The notes: generated by a model not told the origin, from the letters alone. A DNA stretch of 64,000 nucleotides from Eledone cirrhosa (GCA_964016885.1 OZ024742.1:301382001-301446000); one strand, 5' to 3'. Shown: positions 13,764 to 27,265, counted from the stretch's first letter. Translations and numbers: made by a program.

Positions 13764-14239
13764 GAAACGCTGCTAAATCAAAGCAACTGATATCTTATGA
13801 AGAACTCAATCCCTCCTCAAGAAACTCAATGATAACAACCGAGGTTGAAAACGTTTTTTTTTTATTAGTTGGTCAGGAGGTGGGGAGGTAGTTCCCATGA
13901 TGCATTTCTGAAGCTCTGGGACGTGAGTGGTGGGTAAGGGCAGTTCCCACAATCAATTTTGGGACCTCTGAGACAGGTAGGAGAGGGGGAAGGTATCCTC
14001 AAACCAGAGACATAACGCAATAGCTTCTAACACTACTTGACCAAAGAGTCGGGTAGTGTTGTTAAACTGGGCAATGGATTAAGTCTACCACCTGAGTAGG
14101 CTTTGTAGGGATTTGAACTCAAAATGCAAAGAGCCACAACAAATACTTCAAAGCATTTTGTCCACTCTTCTAACACTTCTGCTAATTCACTGCCTTTAAA
14201 TAAACACATGCCATCCTCCACTATGCTCAACTCTATAAA

Positions 14240-14590
14240 TATGTAAACCTGCACTGTTTCTTCCTCTAAACACATGTATACCTGCACTATTTCTTCCTCT
14301 AAACACATATATATACCTTCACTATTTCTTCTTTTAAACACATGTAAACCTGCACTATTTCTTCCTCTAAACACATGTAAACCTTCACTATTTCTTCCTC
14401 TAAACACATGTAAACCTACACTATTTCTTCCTCTAAACACATGTAAACCTTCACTATTTCTTCCTCTAAACACATGTAAACCTACACTATTTCTTCTTTT
14501 AAACACATGTAAACCTGCACTATTTCTTCCTCCAATCTAAACACCTGTAATCCTGCATTATTTTTTACTCTTAACTTGTGTAAACCTGCT
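14240..14590. repeat. 33-bp minisatellite AACACATGTAAACCTGCACTATTTCTTCCTCTA
   Basis: About 10 units. Confidence 0.92.
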
Positions 14591-15259
14591 CTGTTTTCTC
14601 ATCTAATCTAAACACATGCGAGTCTGTAATGTTTTTGTTATTTCCAAGCTAAACATGTTCTGTAACTCTGCAGTGTTTTCTATTCCATCTAAATTCAACC
14701 GAATTTTCTAGTTTAACAACTTAACCAAAATCACCATAAGCAAATACGAAATCGTTTCTTTTACATGTATTTTATCTACATCTACTTCAAGATGAAAGAA
14801 AACAAGAATGTGTGTGTATGTGTATGTATTTGTATGTGTGTAAGTACCCACACATATCTAGATTCATGTGAGTGTGGGAATGTGTATGTATATGTGTCTA
14901 GCTCAGCATGTGTATGCTACTTGTATCTTGTTTTATGTGTGTGTTCATGTACAACTTGGTTTATCTTTATACAAATGTTGTGTTTTGCGTATGTATATAT
15001 GTATGAACGTATGTATGTCTGTGTATTTCTATGCATTTCACTGATGAAGAAGTGGTGGTGGTGGTTAAGGTTGGTGATGAGTGGTATGGAGGTGGTTTGG
15101 GGGATTTAAGCAGGGACGGGGCGGGTCTGTATGTTTGTATATGTTAACATCTACATCTTTATATACTTGCGTTAAGTGAAACTTTATGTCGCAGTACGTA
15201 AGTATATATATATATATATGTATGTATGTATATATATATATATGTATGTATGTGTGTAT

Positions 15260-15599
15260 CATCATTTCATTTCATTTTACGTCCGCTTTTTCCCTGCTTG
15301 CAAGGGTGGGACGGGAACTGATTCTGGCTTGATTTCTACAGCTGGATGCCCTTCCTAACACCAACCTCATTTACAGTGAGTGCTGGGTACTTTTTTGCCG
15401 TGGCACCTCCACGACCACTTTGCAGTGGAATGATATGGACCCCAGTCCCTATCATCTCCTTTCTACAGCTGAGTAAACTGGAGCAATGTGAAATAAAGTG
15501 TCTTGCTCAAGGAAACAACACATCACCCGGTCTGAGAATTGAACTCACAATCTTTCGATTGCAAGGCCAATGCTCTAACCACTAAGCCATGTGCCTCCA
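15260..15599 (-). mobile_element. tRNA-CORE SINE with an RTE-derived tail
   Basis: Head ggaggcacatggcttagtggttagagca..gagttcaattc, CORE-like ccttgagcaagacacttt..ctcagctgtagaaa, and a tail shared with the RTE 3' UTR. Copies at ~2347-2690, 16014-16372, 26394-26812, 28498-28793, 43116-43429 (all -) and 51160-51455 (+). Confidence 0.85.
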
Positions 15600-16394
15600 T
15601 ATATTTATATATATATGTATGTATGTATATGCAGAATATTCTTAGATGAAAGACCAAGGAAACAATTCTCAATCTATTGCAAGAAAGCTTATTTTCCTGG
15701 TGCCCCATGAGGGGCCAGTTTGGAAAAGCCTCCTCCAATATACAGTGGTGGCCATAACTGGACCCCAAAACCAATGATAGCACATACATGTTAAGTGTAT
15801 GAAACTTTGTTTATGCTATATGATATATATATGTGTGTGTGTGTGTGAATCATCATCATCATCATTACCATCATTTATTGTGTTTTTTTCATGCTTGCAT
15901 AGGTTAGACAGGATGTCACATTCTGAGGCTAAACCAGTCAGGTGACCATGTCTTGCTCATATATTCAGTTTTTGTCATGGTTTCTATGGCAGGATGCCCT
16001 TCCTAACGCACATATCATCATCATTTTACGTCCACTTTTCCCTGCTTGCAAGGGTTGGACAGGAACTGATTCTGGCTTGATTTCTACAGCTGGATGCCCT
16101 TCCTAACACCAACCTCATTTACAGTGAGTGCTGGGTGCTTTTTTTCTGTGGCACCTCCACGTCCACTTTACAGTGAGTGCTGGGTGCTTTTTTTCTGTGG
16201 CGCCTCCACGTCCACTTTACAGTGAGTGCTGGGTGCTTTTTTTTACCGTGGCACCTCCACGACCACTTTGCAGTGGAATGATAGGGACTCCAGTCCTATC
16301 ATCTCATTTCTACAGCTGAGTAAACTGGAGCAATGTGAAATAAAGTGTCTTGCTCAAGGAAACAACACATCACACATATATGTGTGTGTGTGTG

Positions 16395-16595
16395 TGTGTT
16401 ACCTGTAATATAGAGTAGATGTAAATATTGAACAGTGTATTACCTGCAATATAAGGTAGATGTAAATATTAAACAGTGTGTTACCTGTAATATAGAGTTG
16501 ATATAAATATTAAACAATGTATTACCTGTAATATGGAGTAGATGTAAATATTGAACAGTGTCTTTCCTCTAATGTGGGGTAGATGTACCTGTAAT
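16395..16595. repeat. ~40-bp minisatellite
   Basis: ttacctgtaatatagagtagatgtaaatattgaacagtgt, about 5 units. Confidence 0.85.
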
Positions 16596-16659
16596 GATGG
16601 GGGTAACAGTCTGTAAATATTGCAATTCTATAACATGGCTTTCTCTCTTGTTTGTACAG

Positions 16660-16808
16660 AAAAGTTTGATTTGGCGGATGGTGAACTGACACAACTAGGT
16701 TTCCTTAATTTACATGAAATGGAAGCTGAAGACAACAATGGTGATGCAGAAGATTTATGGATCACACTTGACAGTATGGGTTTGAACCGAGCTTTAATTC
16801 TTGACCAA
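16660..16808 (+). CDS. EFCAB7: EFCAB7 coding exon
   Basis: tacag|AA...CAA|gtatgt; FDLADGELTQLGFLNLHEMEAEDNNGDAEDLWITLDSMGLNRAL matches EFCAB7 ELTRQGFMDLNLMEA...DLWVTLHSMGYNKAL. Confidence 0.95.
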
Positions 16809-16908
16809 GTATGTTTCTATCCATTTCTAGATACCTGCAATGACCATCATCATCATCATTTTTCCACACTTGCATGGGTTAGATGGGTCTTTCTCTGTAC
16901 AGCATCCT

Positions 16909-17513
16909 TTAACCCTTTAGTTACCATTCCAGCTAAAACTGGCTCTGGTTCTATGAAATAAAACTACTCATTTTAAAGGTTTCCAATTTAAATTTAAATC
17001 ATCCAACATAATTTTATATAAGAACCTTATATCAAGTTACTATCTTAGTCTTCTTCTTCTTCGCCCATTTATTTCTGAGAGGGTCATGGCGGCAGAGTCC
17101 TCAAACACTCCTTCCAGCGGGTCCTGTGAGAAGCAACCATCTTCACCTGGTCCGGCTGGATCCCCAAGCGAGACTAGCCAAGCTCATGGATATTATCCAA
17201 CCATATTGCTTGGGATCTACCTCTGAGTCTCCTGCCAGTTGGTTTTGCCTGTAAAATCTGTCTAGCAGTTCTTTCCTGAGATATTCTAACCACATGCCCA
17301 TAGTATCGGAGCTGTGGTCTCTCAATTTGGAGAAGTAGTGCCTCTACCTGGAGTGTCTCTCTGATCTCCGAGTTACACATTCTATCAAGTAACATTGCTC
17401 CAAAGACCCTTCAATCTTAATAATGAAATAATTAATACTTTTAGTAAAGCCCTCAAAATACTTCAATTAAAGGAAAGTGTATTTCATTAGAAATGAGGTC
17501 ATGAAAGGGTTAA
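16909..17513. mobile_element. Second TTAA MITE, interrupted by a LINE fragment
   Basis: ttaaccctttagttacc ... ggtcatgaaagggttaa; the LINE piece lies at 17050-17410. Confidence 0.55.
17050..17410 (-). mobile_element. 3' fragment of a second RTE-like LINE family with (GAA)n tail
   Basis: QLRYYGHVVRISQERTARQILQAKPTGRRLRGRS..WLD. A second copy is on + at ~30035-30330. Confidence 0.75.
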
Positions 17514-18064
17514 TATAATCTCTCACTCTGATTGGGGTGGACCTCGTCAGATCGGCCTAAGGAAACATTGGTCTTTCCATTGCTGATGCTATCTACTGGT
17601 CGCAACTCCTAGCAGAAAGAGCAACATTAAATAAAGTGTCTTGCTTAAGGACACAGCGCGTCGACTGATCTGAGAATTGTACTCACAACCTCACGATTGC
17701 GAATCCAACTCTCTAACCTCTAAGCCATGCGCCTTCACTTTAATATAATAAGTGTAATCAAGACATTAGAGCCTCTTTTTATTGTTTTCATATAGTTTAT
17801 TTGCTTGCTTGAGTGGCTGCTCAGCCAACTCAGAAACTACTGAACTTAAGAATTATATTCTCTTTATTAACACTTACTAATCTCTATCAATGTTTACTTA
17901 GTAAAATAAGAAAACTGTTTTGGTTTTTTAAATAGTATTTTTTTTTTGTTCTAAAAATAGTATTTTCAAAAAATTTGTTTTATATTGTTTTATTCAATGA
18001 TTATTGAAAGTTAATTAATTCTGAAGGTTCTCATGTTTGTATTAATTTAAAAAAAATAGAACAA

Positions 18065-18079
18065 ATCACCATAACCACC

Positions 18080-18113
<34 letters not shown>

Positions 18114-18250
18114 TCATCATCATAATCATCATCCCCACCATCATCATCACCATCACCATTATCATCATCATTGTCATCATCACCACCATCATTATCATCA
18201 TAATCCTCATAATCATTATCACCATCATCCTTATCATCATCACTACCATC
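18065..18250. repeat. (CAT/CAC)n microsatellite
   Basis: Simple repeat; source of the poly-D and poly-M ORFs. Confidence 0.95.
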
Positions 18251-19298
18251 ACAAATCTGCTTGATATAGGTCATGGCTTCCTTGTGTAGGTTCCGACAAA
18301 AGAACTTCACTAACAGTAATTAACTACATCGTTTCCCCACAATTTTATTACTGGTACCTAGGAAAAGTAAAGCTGACCCTGGCTAGATTGAATTAAGAAG
18401 CACAGGCATCTAACTTGATGCAATTTAATTAAATTAGTGTTAACATATTCACTATAATCATCATCAATTTTATATCTGTAGGAATGGGCTTTTACAGGAG
18501 TTTCTGAAGCAGTGTTTTAAGGACCAGATTCCCTTCTCCATGCCAACCTTTTTAGTCTCCTTCCCACACCATACAGTGTAATTATTCTAAAAACTGGGAT
18601 GTATACAATTACATTGAAAATCTGATAAGAAATATTTATGTGGTTGAGAAAAGATTATGTTAACTCAATAAATAATATTAATTCAATCATTTCAGGAAAT
18701 ATGGGAGGCAGTTCTGGATATGTTTCAATATTATTAGTTCTTTTCAGTGAAGCACAGATTTCAGTTGACTCTGGCTTTCTTTCATCTGCTGCAGCTTCTC
18801 TGATGCCTTAAAATGTCTTCTTTTTGCTCTTGCTCGATGGGACTGGGGTCATCCCATGTCAGTGATCCCAGTGACATCATTGTGCCTAATGCTGACCAAG
18901 TCCACCAGTGCCCTCCATCACTGGTGGTTCTGTGCCAGCCCCTCTGCATCCTCCAAGATGACATTGAGCCTCTGGAGATCTTCCTTAATCACATCCAGCC
19001 ATCTAGTGTGGGGCCTCTTCAAATCCACAGCTGCTGCATCGAACAAGAGTAAGGCCTTGGTAGGATGATCTGGCAGGAGTCAGAGAACATGTCCGTACCA
19101 GCGCCTGAAGCGGGAGGGTATGGAGCTCTTTGTTGGGAACATGGTGGTACTATCTGATGTTCTTGATGGTCTTCAGAGCTCTGTTATCAAAGCTGTCAAT
19201 CCTCTTTACCTGTTTCTTTACTTCTTATAAATTTAATGTCATTAAGATATGAAATTTAAAAAAAATATATATTTCCCTTGTTTTATTTCTGGCTTTAG

Positions 19299-19421
19299 GC
19301 TTTCCAGTTTGAACTGAATGTGTTTCTTGAAGAATGTCCAGAAGCTATTCTTGATGTTTTAGATGTTGAAATCGGTGGAGTTGATCTCGAAAAAGCTATA
19401 TGTCAATCTGTTATTAACAAG
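19299..19421 (+). CDS. EFCAB7: EFCAB7 coding exon
   Basis: tttag|GCT...AAG|gtaagg; 41 codons ending LEKAICQSVINK (compare LEKAICKSVL). Confidence 0.9.
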
Positions 19422-20266
19422 GTAAGGATTATTTTCACACCATATTTCTCTTTGTGTGTTTAATGGCACAAGCTAACGAGGGAGCTTCTTCATTTGTTAA
19501 ATGACACAAGCTAATGAGAGATCCTCTTCATATACTAAATGACACAAGTTAATATGGGACACTTTTAATGTGTTAAATGACACAAGCTAATAAGGGAGCC
19601 TCTATGAGGTCACTATATGTGCAAAAAACAGCGCTGAAATTTCTTTCAAATTACACTCTTATCATTTTTGAGAAAGCAAAGGAAACATAGTCTGAAAAAC
19701 CTGATGATAGTCTGCATCAGTAAGAATTATATTGTGAAGTTCTTGTGTCATAGGTTGTGACCCCAGCTGGACCAGCAGTACCATTGGTAGGGGGTTGAAA
19801 CTGCCAAAGTCTATCTCAATGGCCGATGACTATGGAATTCTGTGTCTTTCGTTTGTATTATTTTTTTTTTTTAAATAATTTTTTAAGGTTCCCCTTAAAA
19901 AATTGCTTTTCAGTTTGCCTTGTTTTCATTTGTTGTCTTGTCCTCTCTGTTAATTTTCCTACGTTTATCATTAATAATCTGTGATGAATGTGTTATCTCT
20001 TCTCCCCACTTAATTTCAATGGCATACATAATATTAACTGTCCAACAGTGTCAACAGTATTATCAATAATGAAAAATGGTTAGACAAATCTCTTTCTGCT
20101 ACTCTGTCTTTGTAGATAGACAAAAGACAAGTACTGACATTTCTAACTATTGTAGATTCAACTATGGTACAACTCAACATCGCTACTCCAGTGATGTCGA
20201 AGTAGAAGACATTGAGATGTAAGATTTAATGCAGATTTTCATAATTTTCCTGTTTTTCAATTGAAG

Positions 20267-20356
20267 GGATTGTCACGGCCTGTTGGAGGTTCACCAAACA
20301 TTCTGGTTCATGAATACTACAGTGAAGTAAGGTATACAACAGTTGTACAGAACCTT
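20267..20356 (+). CDS. EFCAB7: EFCAB7 coding exon
   Basis: gaag|GGA...CTT|gtaagt; GLSRPVGGSPNILVHEYYSEVRYTTVVQNL (compare ENIIVHTY...TSVIEN). Confidence 0.88.
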
Positions 20357-20706
20357 GTAAGTATGAGAATCACCCATGGATGTTTTCTGCATTTAAAATG
20401 AATAGTTAAGTTAATGCTAACATGTGTAACACCACCACCACCACCACCACCACCACCACCACCAAATTTAAACATGACTTCTTGTCATAAGTAATAACTT
20501 GATATTAAGATCTCTTTTGTTGGAGATGTACCCTTTTACATCCCTAGGTCTGACAAATTTCCCCCACCTAAATATCAATATGCCAGGCATACCCACTATA
20601 TATCAACATACCAGACATGCCCTTCCCATATATCAATATACCAGACATACTCCTCTCCCTATATATCAATATACATACCCCATCCTACCTTATTAGCATA
20701 TATACA

Positions 20707-20760
<54 letters not shown>

Positions 20761-20857
20761 TACATACATACAATGTCTGTGACAGTTTTACTGATAAGTT
20801 AGTTTTACATACACTACTACACACACACACAGACCTCCCCTCACACATATATATATG

Positions 20858-20894
<37 letters not shown>

Positions 20895-21176
20895 CTGTGT
20901 GTTTATGATGTAATGTATGTCCATGTATGTGTCTATGTGTATATGATGTAATGTATCAGTAAAATTGTCCCAGACACCATTCTAACCTGTAAGTCAACTT
21001 CTAACTCAATCACAATTGTTGTTCCACTTTTCCTGAAAAATCTTTGACCGTCACTTAGTCTCTCATATTTTTATTCTCAAACAAGAAAACTAAAATACAT
21101 GTTCAATATATCAAATTTATATAAACATGTATTATTTGTATGTGTGTGTGTATAGATATATAAAAATATTTATATA

Positions 21177-22108
21177 TCTGAAAGTACAGTAGCCAGAGTC
21201 AGAACGGGATGGAAGAAGTTCAGAGAGCTTATACCACTATTGGCCACAAAAGGTTTCTCTCTAAAAATGAAAGGCAGATTGTATGATGCCTGCATACGAA
21301 CAGCAATGTTACATGGCAGTGAGACATGGGCATTGTGTGCAGAGGACCTGCGCAGACTGGAAAAGAATGAAGCATGCATGCTCCGTTGGATGTGTAATAG
21401 TAATATTCGCGAACGGCAAAACATAAATGAACTAAGTGAGAAATTAGGAATAAGAGGAATCAGATGTTGTTTACTCGAGAGAAGACTACGTTGGTATGGT
21501 CACGTGATGCGCATGAAAGACGACAGCTGTATAAAAAAGTGCAGGGCGATCAAAATTGATGGAAGTTACGGAGTAGGTAGACCCAGAAAAACCTGGGACG
21601 ATTTGATAAATTCCAACCTTACACACTTGCACCTCTCTAAGACAATGTCACTGGACCGAGATCTTTGGCGCCATGCAGTAATACAGAAAACCTGCCTTGC
21701 CTATGTACAAAGCGAAACCTACAGTCAGTAGGCACCTCTTAACCAAATATACACCCCAACCTACTACCCCTACTCCATCATCCCACCCCCACCAACACCA
21801 TCCTTTCTCTGTAAAGTTATATTGGTACCACAACATCCAGTCTAAACTAATGAGCTCATGTAGATGTCACACAAAAAACCACACAGTCCACACTGTAATG
21901 TGGCCGTGTAGGTAACATGGTAAAAACCTCCCAGTCCACACTGTAAATGTGGTTAGTGTTAGGAAGGGCATCCAGCCGTAGAACATCTACTAGACAGTCC
22001 TATACGAGCGAGACACGGTCATCCGACCAATCTTGCCTCTAGTGAGTGGGACAATTCTAATCTAACCAATGCTAGCGTGGAAGATAGTCATTAAACGATG
22101 ATGATGAT
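21177..22108 (+). mobile_element. 5'-truncated RTE LINE
   Basis: ORF 21240..21731 matches the LINE C-terminus; 3' UTR and GAT tail present. Confidence 0.9.
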
Positions 22109-22593
22109 GGTATGTATATTTATTGTCTAACCCATGCTAACGTGGCAAAATGGATGTTAAACAGTGATGATGATATATATATATGTATGCATATGTATCA
22201 TCATCATTGTCATTTTAACGTGAACTGGCCTGAAGAACAAAGGAGAGGCAGTAAGAGGACAGTCTGACCTGTGGATGCTCAGCCAGTCAAGCGTTAAGAG
22301 AGAAATCTTTACAACTATCTTTTGTTTATAGAGAAAATAGCTAGGTCATGCTCATATGCTTAGTTTCTATGGTTGAATCCCTTTCCTAAGGCCAACTGCT
22401 TTACAACATTGTACCGGATGTATGGCTTCTATGTTTGGATACCTTTCCTAACACTGACCACTTTACAGTGTGTATTGAGAGCATTTTATCATGATGCCAA
22501 CACTACCACATTATAGGGTGGACTGGGTGCTTTTTGTCATGGCACCAGCACTACCACCTTACAGGGTGGACAAGGTGCTCATATATATATACA

Positions 22594-23244
22594 CTAGCCT
22601 TGCTGCGTTTCACACATTTGTTTGGTAAGAAAATGATGATTGATTTTAAATCAGTAGTGATATAATTTATGGAGAAAAAATCTGCATTTCAATAGTACTC
22701 AATGTAAAATGTAATGCATGAAAAATTGGAAAACATTATTTTTTGTAATATATCAAATGAAAATTACATTATTAAATTTTATTATTATTTTGTTTCTTGT
22801 AAATAATTTTTTTCAAATTATCAATTCCAAACTTTTGTGAATAGGCATCATATCTTGTCATTTACCTATGGTTTAAATTTCATATAAATCGAAAGGAAAA
22901 AATTTTCAGCAGGTGTTTGTGCCCCCAGGGAACCCTAATAGGGGGTTTAACCCCCATTAGGGTGTCTTAATGTTATTGAAATTTGTTGAAATTTTGTGAA
23001 TAGGCATCATATCTTGTCATTTACCTATGGTTTAAATTTAATACAAATGGAAGGGAAAATATTTTCAGGAGTTTTGTGCCCCCGGGGAACCCTTTGATTA
23101 AAATGAAATATACTTATCCAAGTACCCTGGGCAATGTAGTTTCAGAATATATATGGTTATGGGGGTCTATCACCAAAACCATAGGAGGAGTTCGTGAACA
23201 AACGAACAAACAAACAGACAGGAATGCAGCTTAATATATATAGA
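22594..23244 (-). mobile_element. Non-autonomous Helitron-like element
   Basis: The minus strand starts TC(TATATATATTAAG) followed by a (GTTT/GTCT)n tract and ends ...GGCTAG, inserted between A and T. It has an internal ~130-bp duplication. Confidence 0.7.
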
Positions 23245-23254
23245 TATACATATA

Positions 23255-24135
23255 TACCTTGGTGACCGAATTAGCAGCGGAGGTGGGTGTTCGGAAAGTA
23301 CAATAACTAGGGTAAGAACGGGATGGAAGAAATTCAGGGAGCTACTGCCACTGCTAGCTGCAAAAGGCTTTTCCCTCAAAATGAAAGGCTGACTGTATGA
23401 TGCGTGTATACGAACAGCAATGTTACATAGTAGTGAGACCTGGGCGCTGTCTGTAGAAGACTTGCATAGATTAGAAAGAAATGAAGCTTGCATACTCCGA
23501 TGGATGGATGTGTAATAGTGATATACGCGAACGGCAAAGTATAAACGAATTGAGAGAGAGACTGAGCATACGAGGTATCAAATGGTGTGCAGGAGAGGAG
23601 GTTGTGTTGGTATGGACATGTGATGCGTATGAAAGATGACAGCTGCATAAAAAGGTGCAGAGTACTAGAAGTCGATGGAAGCCGTGGCGTGGGGAGACCC
23701 AAGAAGACCTGGGATGAGGTGATAGGGGCCGACCATACCAAATTGCACCTCTCAAAGGTGATGACACACGACCGCGACCTCTAGTGTCATACAGTAATAC
23801 AGAAGACCCGACTTCCCACAGGTACAAGCCGAAGCTGAAGCATATAGACAATATGCCCCCACCCTCTCCCACTGCAAAGTGATCGTGGAGGTGCCATGGC
23901 AAAAAAGCACCCAGCCCACACTGTAAAGTGGACGTGTAGGCGCCACGGAAAAAAAGCACCCAGCACTCACTGTAAATGAGGTTGGTGTTAGGAAGGGCAT
24001 CCAGCTGTAGAAATCAAGCCAAAATCAGTTCCCGTATGAGCAAGACAAGGTCAGCCGACCGGACACTGCACACAACAGGACAACCTGTCTAACCCATGCT
24101 AGCGTGGAAGAATGGACATAAAATGGTGATGATGA
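23255..24135 (+). mobile_element. 5'-truncated RTE LINE (related subfamily)
   Basis: YLGDRISSGGGCSES...WYGHVMRMKDDSCIK...GRPKKTW, then 3' UTR and GAT tail. Confidence 0.88.
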
Positions 24136-24905
24136 TATATATATATGTACATCATCATCACCATCATTATTTAATGTCCATTTTTCCTGCTAGCAAGGGT
24201 TGGACAAATTGCCACAGACCAAGTCAGTACTCAACTGAGCTACTGACTTCTCAGATGAGACAGGATCCTCTCTCATTCACTAATGTGCCTACACTGCACT
24301 GCATGCTCAGGCAGGCTGAGGGCCATCATCATCGACATCATCATTGCTGTTTTACGTCCATTTTTTCATGCTTTTATAGCCAACACTGTAAAGTTGGTGT
24401 CTGAAGGGCATTCAGCTGAAAAAAAAAAAACTAATAATTGTGTATGCCAGATTAATGCTTATCATGTTTAGTGATGGGGCGTGACAAGTGGAAAAGACCT
24501 ATCCAACCCATGCTAGTTTGTTAAAAAGGATGTAAAAGGATGATGATGACGATGACAACAAAGAGGATGATGATGGTGGTGGTGGTGGTGATGATGATGA
24601 TAATGCTGGTGATGGAGGGGTGTGTGTGTGTATACAAAGGTACTTATACACATAGTTGTTTACTTGAAATACACACTATCACACATACACACACACACAC
24701 TCACACACTTATGTATGTACGTGTATGTGTCTCAAGTGAACTGCTTGTAGTGTTTGTCATTTGTTTAATTGTGACAGTCAACAAAGTTGGGATTGTCACA
24801 TGAAAGTAAGATTAACCTAGCAGTATATATAATTAACCATTACACCAGTTGGATGGAATAATATTACAGCAGCTGACACTAGTTATGTACATATGTAATA
24901 CTAGC

Positions 24906-24941
<36 letters not shown>

Positions 24942-25091
24942 TATTTATTGTCATCATCATCATCATCATCATCATCATCGCTGTTGTCACCAACACCACC
25001 ACCATCATCACCACCACCAACACCACCACTATCACCATCACCATCACTATTATCATTATTATCAACATGCTAATGTCTTATGGGGGATTGC

Positions 25092-25270
25092 CAGAAATGC
25101 TACACTGCCAAAAACAGTAAAATCTCAGAAATGGTAGAATGCCTGAAATGGTAGAATGTCAGAAACAGTAGAATGCCAGAAACGGTAGAATGCCAGACAG
25201 TAGAATGCCAGAAATGATAAATTTCCAGAAACAGTAGCTTGTCAGAAATAGCAGATTTCCAGAAATAGTG
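25092..25270. repeat. ~17-bp minisatellite
   Basis: agaatgccagaaacagt-like units. Confidence 0.8.
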
Positions 25271-26334
25271 GCATGCTAAATTATATTCTGTACATTGCTA
25301 GTTACATTGTTCTTGGAATCCTACAGAAAGAGACTTCCAGAAGATTAAAATTCTGGGACAGAAGGATTGGGAATAGCCTTGGAGAGATTAGGGGATAGAT
25401 ACAATATATGTAGGGACCTGAGTGGAGGTGAAAGGAGGGCATGAGACCAACCAGGTCTGATGAACAGAAAAACCTCTGTAATAGGGGTAGAATTGGTATG
25501 AAAAGGGTTAACATTTAAAGAATAATGTTGTCATATTCAAACACAGAACAGAACTCTATTCAGCCACAAAACAAGATTGTCACTAATTTCTTCATTTGCT
25601 AAAATACACCCAACAACAAATAAGTGGTTTGTTTATAATTACAATAAAATGGTTTGTATGATAACCATACATATAAATGTAAATGTATCTATGAATATTT
25701 ATGGCATCCATTATTGTCAGTATATATTTATGTATTTATTTATTTATCTACTTATAAACGAATGAAAAAGTATTGGATTGGCAGTATCGGTAGAGGGTCG
25801 GACGCCATGCTTTCCAGCATAGTTACGTCCCTTTACGATCTGAGTTCAAATCCCGCCGAGGTTGACTTTGCCTTTCATCCTTACGGGGTCAATAAAATAA
25901 AGTACCAGTAATGCACTGGGTAATTGCTGGCCTTGTGCCTAAAGTAGAAACAATTATTGTCAGTATATAAACATTTTCAATTTTTGATGATCTCACATCA
26001 TAAGTGACCTGGCAGTCAGCATAGATAGACATTTATAAAAAATAACAAAATACATCTCCAGAGGATACTCACAATCTCACAATAGCCATTATTGTTACTG
26101 TTGTTTACTACAATCAGACATATGATTAAATGTGTTACAGCCATGACCATCACATCTTTTGTATTTATATATATATATATAAAATACACACACATACATA
26201 TATATATATATAAGTTATTCTGGGTTGAACCGAGGGTAACCACAGTAAGTAAGGTACTCAATACATAGCAGAGTATAAATGTTTTAATATAGAAGAGCTT
26301 CTCCAGGACTAGAACTGTTTCATTCCTGAGAAAT

Positions 26335-26396
<62 letters not shown>

Positions 26397-26969
26397 TCAT
26401 CATCATCATCATCGTCATCATCATCATCATCGTTTTACGTCTGTTCTTCCATGCTAGCATGGGTTAGACGGGTTGTCCTGTTGTGGGCAGTGTCTGGTCA
26501 GCTGACCTTGTCTTGCTCATACGGGAACTGATTGGGCTTGATTTCTACAGCTGGATACCCTTCCTAACACCAACCTCATTTACAGTGTGTGCTGGGTGCT
26601 TTTTTGCCATGGCACCTTTACAGTGGCACCTTTACAGTGGAATTATAGGGACCCCAGTCCCTATCATCTCATTCTACAGCTGAGTGAACTGGAGCAATGT
26701 GAAATAAAGTGTCTTGCTCAAGGAAACAACACATCATCCGGTCCGAGAATTGAACTCACAACCTTTCGATTGCAAGGCCAATGCTCTAACCACTAAGCCA
26801 TGCGCCTTCACTTATATATATAAGTTATTTTGGGTTGAACCGAGGGTAACCACAGTAAGTAAGGTACTCAATACATAGCAGAGTATAAATGTTTTAATAT
26901 AGAAGAGCTTCTACAGGACTAGAACTGTTTCATTCCTGAGAAATCATCATATATATATATATATATATT

Positions 26970-27194
26970 TATTTAATTAGAAAGTGAACAACACATATAT
27001 AACTACTCCATTACCAAAGGTTTCATGACGCTAGACAATATCAATATATGTCTAGATCGTTCATCAGACAGAGATGTTATCCATAACATCTCTGTCTGAT
27101 GAATGATCTAGACGTATATTAATATTGTCTAGCGTCCTGAAACCTTTGGTAATGGAGTAGTTATATATTGTGTTGTTCACTCTCTAATTAAATA
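26970..27194. repeat. ~225-bp near-perfect palindrome
   Basis: Arms meet at gatgttat-cc-ataacatc (27081-27082); each arm carries a hammerhead. Confidence 0.95.
27090..27157 (+). ncRNA. Type I hammerhead ribozyme fold (mirror copy 27006-27073 on -)
   Basis: Stem I CTCTGT/ATGGAG, core CTGATGA (27096-27102), stem II with CTAGAC/GTCTAG, GAAA, stem III ACC-TTT-GGT, cleavage triplet GTA. Confidence 0.75.
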
Positions 27195-27265
27195 GCTCTG
27201 TTTTATACATAGAGCACTCTTTTTTCCTTTGCTTTTTCTTCGGAATTACCTAAAACATATATATA

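Noticed and set aside
15530-15599. tRNA gene
   Set aside because: tRNA-like A/B boxes run straight into the CORE domain; these are SINE heads.
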